A stretch of DNA of 20,000 nt, from NCBI GenBank assembly GCA_001724265.1, contig MEDY01000233.1, forward strand, positions 54,068 through 74,067. Reading direction: 5' to 3'. The DNA comes from Rhizaria sp. SCN 62-66. Taxonomy: Eukaryota. The notes beneath the pieces were generated by a model. It did no database searches, had not been told where the DNA came from, and saw only the letters and a program-made list of their open reading frames with translations. The stretch's first letter is position 1, and each line of letters opens with the position of its first letter. This document shows, in pieces, positions 1 to 10,900 of this stretch. The position numbers and the translations under genes were made by a program.

Positions 1-1
1 A

Positions 2-745
2 GTCAAGGCCGAGCCACGGCTCCAATTCGACACACCCGAAGGCCTGACATGCAATTCAGATGATGAGCGTGCTGCCACCGTAGCAAAAGACACTAAAAAG
101 AGCTCTTATGAGTGCAGCATGAGCGGGAACTGCTTCAAGCTTGCACGTGATAATTCACACATGGAACTCTTACATACTGACTTGCACTTGCAACCACGCG
201 TGCATTCTCTTGTTGCGTCTACAATCACGACTCAGTTACCCAATGACTGCGCAAGACTGGCATCTTCCGGCAGCGTATTTTCTGTCACAGCATCTGGTAA
301 ATTCAATGAATCTAACTCTTTCTCCACTGGTGCTGACTTTGACTTCGCTGCGGATGTCACTGATGCGACTCTAGCAAGCACAATTGCTCTAAGTGTTACT
401 TGTGCTCCTGATCAATCTTTTGCAAACATCCCAGATGAATTGACGCTACCAGATCAAATTTCCCCGGCAAATGTTGTGATTGCTAGCGCTATGACTGCAA
501 TATCACAAGACAACGAGCAAAACGACCCCGAGTCGTGCAGTCGCCATCACATTGCATACGGCGTCGATGTGACGGCTGTGTCGCACTCCGACGACAGCGA
601 TGACGATGAAGATAACCACATGGCTGATTCTGCTGCTCAAATCCGGTACTATGACAATGACGCTTTGTGGGATGGGGACGATGACTACGGCCGGTCTTCA
701 GGGGACGAAATCTCGGTCAGCCATCTGCGCGTCCACTTTCGCTGA
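2..745 (+). CDS. 3' end of an unidentified protein (Ser/Asp-rich, probably disordered acidic C-terminus), 5'-truncated
   Basis: The frame of ORF 119-745 is open back to position 2 (VKAEPRLQFDTPEGLTCNSDDERAAT...). It ends at TGA 743-745 and is followed within about 35 nt by a shift to AT/T-rich sequence. No domain recognised. Confidence 0.6.
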   Translation, partial: VKAEPRLQFDTPEGLTCNSDDERAATVAKDTKKSSYECSMSGNCFKLARDNSHMELLHTDLHLQPRVHSLVASTITTQLPNDCARLASSGSVFSVTASGKFNESNSFSTGADFDFAADVTDATLASTIALSVTCAPDQSFANIPDELTLPDQISPANVVIASAMTAISQDNEQNDPESCSRHHIAYGVDVTAVSHSDDSDDDEDNHMADSAAQIRYYDNDALWDGDDDYGRSSGDEISVSHLRVHFR

Positions 746-1996
746 GCACTGAAATACGCCGTGTCGCATGACTTGCGATGAAAATAAGTTTCTTCACAAC
801 TAGTCGGATCTATTTTAATATGTTTCTTTTATTTTTAATTGTTTTTATTACTTTCACCACGATTGAATACTCTTACATGTATCTTCATTTTCGTATGAAC
901 CATGTTGCTCATGAGCGACCTATTTGCAAAGACGCATTACGAGGGTTTGTCGTTCTTGAATCACCATACTAGTAATCATTATGTCAATATCTTCTCATTA
1001 ATCAGTGTCCGCAACGCTTGCATTAGCGCGTGATCGTACACTTCACTCTATCTTGTCGTTTGCGTCGTCGATGCTGTGGTTCTGTTTGTGAACAGTCAGT
1101 CACTGATTGCAAAAGAATCAGATCACGAACACGCCTGCGCTTGCTCTTCGAACTCGTCCAGTCTACTTCTGTGACATACTATGTTTTCTATAGACACTAT
1201 GACGAGTTTCTCTTTAAAGGAACATTCCCATAATTAGCGGTGCGTTTTATCTTAGACGCTATCAAGAATAGCGACTGCCCGCTTACTACTTTAAACCACT
1301 TCGCTTCAATAAACAAAAGCAACGTTTGACAAAAGATATATTGGAATTCACTTAAATATAAGGTTTAAAAAGTGATCACACAACCCGGAAGTTGAGATAC
1401 GTTCATATTTATTAAAATAAGCATGCATTTGAATGCGTGAGAACAATACGTCACTTATTTGCGACGTAGGAGCTGATGAAAAAACGCGTTTTAGTGTCTA
1501 TACAGAGTGATGCTCTCCTGATGACGGCGTTTCGCGCATCACCTTCAAACAAAACAGATGAAGATTGGCTGTGATGGCGGATGAGCCGTGGGTGTGAGAA
1601 AAAGAAAACAATCAAAAAGTCGATAAATCAATGAAAATGCAGCCCATATGAACAAGTTAACGTGATTATGTGGGTTGAAAAAGAAAACAAACACAATGTA
1701 ACGACGAAGCAGTAAACTTGTTAAGTTTTAGGTAGTGATACTGGAGCATATGAACTCGTGGCTTGAGATAAGTTGAGACTCGCACACTTAGCAAAAGTGG
1801 CACAACTTGGCAACTTGGTGAGAGATAATACGACGGCAAGTTTAAATACATAAGTACATCAAAACCTAAAACATTGCTAAAAATAAAACAAATAATAACA
1901 TAAAGTACGTGACGTGTTACGAAAACGCAAAAAAAAAGAAAAGAAGCAAAAACAACAACAAAAAACAAAAACACAACAACGGCCGATTCGCAGTGT
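746..1996. other. AT-rich intergenic region, probably two convergent 3' UTRs
   Basis: GC is clearly lower than in the flanking CDSs. The plus strand is T-rich at about 790-1260 and A-rich at about 1300-1980, so each gene is followed by U-rich sequence on its own sense strand. Confidence 0.65.
1878..1980 (-). promoter_or_regulatory. U/GU-rich tract directly after the TAA stop
   Basis: Minus strand reads GTTGTTGTGTTTTTGTTTTTTGTTGTTGTTTTTGCTTCTTTTCTTTTTTTTTGCGTTTTC, starting about 16 nt after TAA. Its function (3' processing or stability) is inferred. Confidence 0.4.
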
Positions 1997-4900
1997 TTAC
2001 TGATTCGGTTGTTCACGCCGTTGCTGCCACTCACGCTTCTGTTGCTGCTTGCGTAGTTTCTGCAGCCTAGACAAATCAGCCATTGCTAGCGGTGTCTGGC
2101 CTTCGCCACTTTGTCCGGAAGACCCTGAGCTGGTGCCCGAATGCGTAGCTGAGGGACTCGTGGGCGACAAGCTCGCAGTTGACGCGCTAACAGTCGTCGC
2201 AGATGCAGACGCAGAAGAGCTACTGGGTGACGCGCGCGACATTTGCGCGTTCACACGCACGTCGACCCCGCCCACGGTCATCACGCTAGAGCCGCGTAGT
2301 CTACCGGAAACGGGGCCTCTGACGGGTGCTGTCGTCGCAGAAGACGCGGCAGACTCAACAGACACGGCAGTGTGTTTAGATTGAGGTGATGAGACAGAGT
2401 CTGTGTCTTGCGAGACAGGTGAGGAGGAAGAAATTTTTAAGCCGATGAACGCCTGCGTGTTTGCGGACGTAGCAGGTTTAGCTGTTTCAGCCACAGCGTA
2501 AGAGCAAATACCTGAGTGAGTGGTGGCGTTCTGTAGTGCCGTCAGTGCGGTTTGAGCCTCAGCGTCAATGTGCGGCTGCGTCGCCTCAAGCTCGCGCTCA
2601 ACATCCACAATGTGCACAATGTGCTGCGAGGGAGGCTCGGCCTGGTACAGTGGAGGAAGCTGTTGTGAGATGTCGTCGGGGCTGTTGCTATCACCACCGG
2701 CAAGGTGAGAAAATCCTCTAATCACAATCGGCTAAGACTCCAACTGCGACTGCAGCTGGGAAAGTAACTTCACACGAGGAGACGGTACCATTTGCTGGTG
2801 CTGTTGCTCTGTCGCAGTCTCACCTTTAACAAGAGCATGGTCCGTTACAACGGGCTCAGTGATAGAAGCAGAACAGTGTGATTGAGGAATGACAGGAACA
2901 AACCCTAGATTCGCGTTTGACTCAGGGCCACCGCTAGAAGCAGCATTCAAATTGTTGTCGCTACCACTGAGTCCGCCTTCCTGGGCTTGCTGGCGCAGAA
3001 GCAGATCAATAAGCTGGATGCGAAGCTGCTGCTGCGGGCTCAACGTCGGCATCGGCTGCTGCTGTTGCACTCGCTGCAGTTGATAAAGCTGTTGTTGTTG
3101 TTGATGATAATACATCTGTTGTTGTTGCTGTTGTTTTTGTTGTTGTAGTTGATCTAGCTGTTGAAGGATCACCTGCTGCTGCACGAACTGTGCTGCGATG
3201 GCGTTGTATTGCGCCAGGTAATGCTGCATCTGATGGTCTGTCGGCTGACCGTTTCTCTCATCCATAAACGACGTTAGTGGTGGCGGCATTGGAAATGGCG
3301 TGCCACCGTTCATCGCTCCATCTGCAGGAGCGTCGCCGGGTCCCCACGCCTGCGCGTACGGGCCGGGGCTACTGCCGCCTGGAGCGACGCCGGAAATAGC
3401 ATGTATCACAGCATCGTTATTCGTGATATTATTGTTGCTGGGGTTCTGTTCTGCGATCGAACCAAGAGGAACGGGAGCAGCACCGCCGCCTGACTTGATG
3501 CGAGACCGGCTCCAGGACCTGGCCACACCACGACGTGCGCCAACGTTGTTTGATCCAGCGGCGCGCCCACGTGCATCAACGCCGCCGTTAACAAGCTTAT
3601 TGCTACCGGGCAGCCGGCGCGAGTCCGCGCCGGTCCCCAGCAGTGTCGCACGCAAGGCGGACGGAGACGGTGCCTCGGGGTCATCCAGCTCCAGCCCTGA
3701 AAAGGAGAGCAGTGGCAGCGGCGCAAAAGCGGGCACGGTTTGGACAACGCGCGCGGTCGTTTGTGAGAGCTTCAGTGGCGCCCAGCCCCATGAAGCCGTG
3801 TTAGGGTCAGTTGCCGTGGCCTTGGCGCTAGACAACGACGCCTTGTTCCCCGAACCTGTGCCTGCGCCTGTCGCCACGGTTGTTCCCACACCTGCGCCAG
3901 AACTGAGGCGGTCACGCGCGCAACGCGGCGCGGGAAGACGGCGGCTCGCCGCGTGGACAACCTTGGTGCAGGTGGGGTTGCCGTTCGTGTCCACAGCGCT
4001 GCGGCTCGAGCGCGAAGAGCTGCTGTCGCTGCCGCTGTGACGCGCGTTAGGATTGTCGAGCACACGGACCTTCCAAAGAACCTCCTCTGCGTTGTTGGGA
4101 CCAACGTTGCCCGTGGTCGTGACGGTGCCGCGCGTGCGGCCGCGCACACGCATCGCCCGCAGCTGCGCCAGCACGCGCTCGCGCGCAAGCAGGATCACGG
4201 CGCGGCGGCGCTCGCGCATCTCGCGGACGATCTCGCGGCGCCGGCGGCCGTGGAGCCGCATGCGGATGTGCGCAGCGCAGCCCGCAAAGACCGCGACAGT
4301 CGACAGCAGCAGTGGCGTGGCGACAAACCACTCGATCACAATGCCGATGAGTGCGCCGAGACCCCACATCCACACGCCCGAAGAGCCATCGCGCACGGAA
4401 AGGCGCACAGAGAACACAAGTGCGAGCAGGATAGCCACAACGATGACAAACGTGACAAAAGTCGTCTGCAACACCAACGTCGGCAATAGTGCCCATATAA
4501 AGCAGCTGTCGCGCTGCAGCTTCTGTGCCGAAGGTGTATCAGAGAGAGTAGTCGTAGTTTCCTCTTCTGGCGTAGGTGCCCTGGCGTTAGAAAAACCACG
4601 CTGCCTCTGCTGCGTCGCAGAGGATCCACTGCCGCCAGCGTGCTGCTGCGTGGACCGATGGGTATCACGCTGCTGGCGAGTGCGAGCACGGCAACAGAAA
4701 CGCTTATTGCCACTGCGCCGGCTGGGACGTGGTGATGCTGGGGTTGGGGTCGGAACAGCCGACGTGCTTGCGCTGCTGCTGTGCGCAAGGATCTCATTGG
4801 CGCTCGTAGAGGATACCATTGTGGCGCGGGCATCGGCAGCAAAATCATCCTCATGATCCTCCTGGCAGTCCTGAGCCGACGTTGAAGCAGAAACAGAGAA

Positions 4901-7900
4901 GGCTGCACTCTCGTTCGTGTAAGGTTTCGGGTCAACAAAGCGCTCGTAGCAGCGCAGCACGTGTGCGGGATCAACAGCGACTAAAATCATAAGCGCACGC
5001 TCAATGAGTGCTTCCTCGCGCTGACGTTGCGTCAGCTGTTCCTGCAACTCCTTACCAGCGCCATTGCGCGCGCCGACGCCGCAGAGTGGTAGTCCGTTGT
5101 AACAAGAGGCCAAAGCGCGCTCGCTGAGACTGGGGCCCAGCTCGACAGAACGTATCAAAACGCCGTCGCGGCGACGGTGGCGGCGTGCACGTGCGGCCGC
5201 AGCAACGGCGTCGCGACGTGCGCCAGTTACTGTCGACACGGTGATAAACGTCCCCGGAAGCGAGCCGACAACTGCGGTCCGGTCGGCTGAAGGCAGCCCA
5301 ACATTAAGGCTCAAACCGTTCGCGAACGCAGCAGCAGCAGCCGCAGCGGTTGCTGCAGCTGCGGTGTTTGCATCTTTGTTCGCAGGGAACGCCTTGTTTC
5401 GCCTGCTATTCGATGTCGCATTCTGGTGATGTGGCGATGTCGCTGCGGTTGCCGCAATTTGCACATCTTCCTCATTGTCACTCCCACTGCTGCTCGAGTT
5501 CAGGTCTTCGCTCAAGCCCGTGAGCGACGCATGCCCCCGGTATCGTTGGCCCGCACGCACGGCAGCGCTGCGACTCAAAGCGTTGTCGCCATAGAGTATC
5601 GCCAGCGGCAGCACACGCAAACTGCGCTGTAGCAGTCGCTCGCGTGCAAACCGTCCGACAAGGTGCTTGGGTAGAGTTGTGCCGGCGGTCATAGCTGCAG
5701 CGGCAGCAGCAGTGCCGCGACCGCAAGCTGCCGTCGGGCGCGGGACATCTTCTGAGGAGTGGGATGAAGGCGCGTCGGGGCTAGTGTCGTTACTAGAGTT
5801 GCTGTTTTGTTGCGCATTCGCGTTTGCAGCAGAAACAGCAGCAGCACTGGACACTGTCACAAAAGCTTCATGACTGATCGCGGCGTTACTCTCGGGCGGA
5901 ATTGTGATCACATGCGCGCCCTTGACAAAAGGTGTCGGCGCCGCAGTGGACGTGTTGGCCTTGGTGGAAATAACCACCATTTGACGCATTGCACCTGGAG
6001 GGCTCGGTGCGGGCGAACCAGGCTCACTGTTTTGTCCACTGCTGCTGCTGGCAGCGGGTAACGAGTCGCTGCTGCTGGTTGTGGGCACACCGTCGCTGCC
6101 GACGTCGTCGCTCACTCCGGTGCCACTGTTTTCAGTGGTTCCTGTAGGCGAATCTAATGTACTGGCAACAACTTCTTCACTAAGTCGTGTCGTTTGTCCC
6201 TGCTGACGCTGCTGTTGTTTTTGCTGCTGCTGCTGCTGCTGCTGCAACGTGCGCTCCTCGAAAGTTCCACGTGCATGTTGGTTCGCCCTGCGACGTCGGC
6301 TACGTGAGAACTGGCGCTGCGGCTTCCACGCGCCTGCCGCAACGGGGCCGCCTGGAGTCACGGAAGAGCCTGAAGACGAAAAGTAAGATGAGGTTGACGA
6401 AGATTTCGATGATGATGAGGAGGAAGATGATGATGACGACGACGAGGAGGAGGAGGAGGAGACTGCACCTGCAGCGCGGTTCAATGCAGCGCGAGCGCGG
6501 CGGGCATGTCGCGAGGTGATCTTGAGATTGTCATAAACTCCGATCGCTGCAATCTCAGCCAAGGTAGCGGGCGCGGAACTTGTGGCGCCCGTCGAGGAAG
6601 CAGCCATAAGACGGTTGAGCTCGCGGGCAGCATTGGGAATCTCATGCGGTGTCGGCCGCCAACGAGCAGCGTACGATAACACGTGCAACAGCTCGAATGC
6701 GCGCGAGTTTCGCGATTGCATCGCTGCCTGCAGTAGACATGGTTCGGACTCTGAGATACTGCGAGCCGAAGGATGGCCACTGGCCACAAACCCAACATTA
6801 GAGCTTGTTCCAGAGAGGTTCATTTGACTCGAGTCCACTGGAGACTGAGCGTGACGACCAGCCGCAACTGCTATCGCCGCCGTGATGCGCGCAGCAGGGC
6901 CAACGCAGAGCGTAACCCAGCCAAGCTTGCGGTGAGGTCCTGCCGCAGACGCGAGGGCTACAGCACGAGCTCGGGCAGAGCAAGTGCCGCATGCGCACTG
7001 CAGATGCCGACTAATAGTGTCTTCAGCCGCAGCGGCAGCGGTATTAAGACTGTTGACACGCACAAAAGGCATCGCGATGTCAGACGAACCCTGTCGTCGC
7101 AAAGCGGTGTTTCCAGCGGCACTCTTCTTTGGTTCAGGTTGTTTGGGGCGCTTGTACAGGACAAGAGGCAGCTCCATCTTAGGGAAAAAACTATTGCTGT
7201 ACTGGCCAGAGACTGTTTCTGGAATGACACCTCCACAATAGTTCACAAAGGCGACTTGCTCGGCGTAGTATCGAACAAAGTTTTCTGCACGCTTGATGTT
7301 TGAGGTTCGCAACACACAGAGAAGAATTTGCGACAGGAGCGATACAAAAAGTGAGATAATGGCGGCAGCGACAAAAATACGCATGATGGTTTCTTCGGCA
7401 GAAAATGGCTCTGCACTGGAGCTAAAGAGAAACAGCAGCACACACGCCGCATATGCAAGTGCACCCACTGTTGTGGCAAGAATGATCACAAAGCGGCGTG
7501 CGAAAGAAATGCGTGACACGGGGGAGCGACGCCAAAGCGAGTATGCGACGTGGCGGCGGCGCATGAGCCGCGAGAGCATGACTGCAATGATGGTACACAG
7601 CGGCTTCTGCCGCGGACCCCAAATCGACGCACTGCTACTACTGACGCGATTACCGTTGGTATTCTTATCATTGTGGTTATCATCAATCTCATCGTCATCA
7701 GCAGCAGATTCATCGCTGTCAAGGTCCGAGTCGTCTGAGTCATCGCGACTGCTGTTCTCGAGCTCGTCAAGCTCGTTCTGCAGCTCACGCCCCAGCGACT
7801 TGGCCGCGGCTGCGAGTGCACTGATGTCAATACTAGCAAAATTACCATCGTTGTCACCCATAGGCACAACACGAGCGTCACGAGCACTATTAGAAGCAGA

Positions 7901-10900
7901 AGCACTGCTATCAAGAGGACCCTTATTATGATCTCGTGAGTTAGTGGTTGCAGAAGCTGAATGTTGCGGGCGCGGTGCGCTGGTGCGCTTGCCGACGAAG
8001 CGAGAGGAGTCGGAAGCCTGCCCCGTGTTGTTCTGAGAAACGTTGTCAAGACGCTGTCGATTCTGTTGCTGCGTATGTTGTTGTTGTTCGGCGTGTTGCA
8101 GCTGTTGCTTCATCACCATATTTTCATGCAGTGTCTGAGCAAAGATCAACTGTTGCTGTAATTGCACCTGCTGATGTTGCTGCTGCTGCTGAAATGCTTG
8201 TTGTTCTTGAGCAGCAATCATTTCAGCTTTCCGTTGACTTGGTGGCGTGGGTGTACGCGAGCCTGCGTCGCTGCAGCTTCGGCTTATTGGCCGCGAGCGC
8301 GAATGCTGGTGCTTGAACATGTTTATCGCGCTGTGAAACAAAGCGTCTGACTGGTAAGCATCTACAGGGCGCACGCGTGAGCGGCCACCTGCTGCAGCGG
8401 CACTAGAGGGAGGAAGTGCAACTGAGCCCGAAGAAGGCCTGATATTCGCCACAGGAGAGTCTGTAGCAGGAGGAACAGACGGTGGCGGCAGAGGACCGTT
8501 CGGTTTAGAGTTTGGGACATCGTCACCTAGATTAGATGCGTCAGCGCCTCCGTTATTATGACTTTTGAGTGAAGTTTGTGGCGGCGCCGAGTGTCCAGTG
8601 TTGCGCACACCAGGACTTTGAACAGGTTGCGCCATTGGCACTGCGAAGGAGTTGCTAGCGCCATGAAGTGGTGACTCTGCAGCGTCTGCCGCAGCTGCCG
8701 CCGCCCTGCTCGCGGCTGCGGCGGCCTTCTTGGCGGAGTTTTCACTCGCAGCTGCCGCGGCAGTGAGCGCAGCCGGGTCTGTCTCGAGAGCCCATGGGTG
8801 GTTCGCAAGGTGCTTTTTGTTCCACTTAAGCGCTGCAAGCAACACACTATTGCGCAGAGCAGCAGCGTCAAAATAGCTCGCCATAAACACAAGAAGCAGA
8901 CAAATTAGCACAACAGCGCCGATTACGATAATAGGTGCAAAGTTGTCCTCTATCATGCTGACTGACACACCAAACACCGTCGCAGGCCCTGCAGCAACCA
9001 CTTCAGCGACAGAGCTGATGACAGCTGCGTATAGTCCCAACCGGGTGCATGCACAGACTGTGCGCGTAGCAGACACGTGTTTCGCAACCGTACAAGAAGT
9101 CAAGTCCCAGTCTTGCGCTGCGCCAGTCTGCGCAGTCACCGCGCCAAGGAGCACATCTGTGACAGAGGCCGTCGCCACCCAATCGCTTGGACGACTCACA
9201 CACGAGACTCGCTCGTGTGATCCAACACTCCGGTGCTCGACGGTCACGTGCAACGGAGTCGACAGTAAAATCCACGAGTCTGAGTCTGGGAAAAAACTCG
9301 TCGCGTTCCGTGGTGCGATCCGAACGGCAGTATAGACAGAAGAGGTGATACTGTCGTTTTTCGAGAGAGTCGCACTGCTTAAGTCAGGATAAAGCACCGT
9401 GTCATCTGTGAAGCTCATCTCAGCAAGCATGTCTTCGGCGGATGCAATTGCAGCGACAGAACCATCATCCTGTGAGTTCACCTTGCGGTCTGCGCTACCA
9501 GAATAAACAAACGCACTCTGAAGCCCAGAACGCATCCATAGTGGCCACTGCACAGAGTCTGTAGTCTTAAACATGAGCTGTCCGAGGAGCTCGGGAGAAA
9601 GGCCCACCGCAGCAAGTTGAGCATCAGTTAATGAGTTTGATTGAGTGCTGTAGCGCACGGGTCCGATTATGTTGTCAAGAGCAAGCGGCGCTAAGGGAAG
9701 CAATAAATTAGGGAATTCTGCTGTACGAAGCGTGGCATCCGGAGCTGTCGTTAGGGTTTTACCAGCAACGCTGCTCGCCGACTTGGTTGCTGCGCTTGTT
9801 GCCCCCGTTTGTGATAATAACGCGCTGCTGGTAAAGAGTGAAAACATGCCACCAGAAAATAACCGGAATACAGCGATATCAGCGCTTTCATCGCCGTCAA
9901 GCGCAAGTGTGGACAAAAAAGACTCAGGGATGGTAAGCGAGCCTGTACTTTCTTCGTTTGCAGGTGTGTTCGTGGTAACTTCCTCATTGTTTACGATACG
10001 CACACCGCTCCAGGTTGCATATGCCTCAGTTAGAGGTCCATCGGTGTTACGCGGGGACAGGCGTGATGTGATATAAGAGGGAGCTTTCTTAACAGACTGA
10101 GTGCTGAAGATCAGGCTTGTGATGTTGTGTTGAGCACTCGTAGCAGCAACGTCGCTGTCGCGCGGTGAAAGGGTTGCATCGATCTTCATCTGAGTCGATG
10201 AACGTAAGAAAGTAAGTGTAACAGCACTATTACCCACAACAATTGGTGCCGAAGTGGTGACCTTTCCGCGCAGCACTAACGCCGTAAGTGACGGCATTAA
10301 GCTCGTAATGTGTTCAACCATCACATCTACTGTCGGACCCAGCGCCATAAAGCCAGAAAGTCGCTGCATGATGTACACACCACTCATGACCGTCGAGAGG
10401 GTTGAGTCCACCAGTACAGCCGTATGACGCGTGCCGCTCTTGGCAAGCGCCATCACGTGACGCTTTTGGTACGCTAGAGCACGCGTCCAGAGACTCCATA
10501 CAGCCGTGAACGCAGACCACGCATCATCAGACGTTGTGGCCGTGTCGGTCCTAAGAGCGAAAATTTCTGTCACGTCCAGAGTTTGCAGCAAGGACACTCC
10601 GGTGAGATTGACGGAAGAGTAATTGCCTGAAAGGACGTCTATCACGCGGAGAACCTCAGCCAACTCGGACTTGAGAACACTTGCCTGACGCACACGTGAT
10701 AAATCGCTTAAATTAGTTGTTGTTACTCCTGTCGTGTTCGTACTAGTCGTGGCGCTACTCGCAGACGAATTAGCAGTCGCAATCGCCGCAAGAGCATTAA
10801 ATTGGCTAACCGCCGAGTACATAATGCTTGAAAAGTAGTTGGCGAGCACGACACCGAGTTGAGTCCCGCTACCCGCAGTCGCAGCGGCTGTGGAGAGTGT

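Noticed and set aside
778-2034. Small ORFs 778-972, 1030-1233 and 1666-2034 with hydrophobic Phe/Val-rich translations
   Set aside because: Their hydrophobicity comes from T-rich UTR-like sequence, and there is no other coding evidence.
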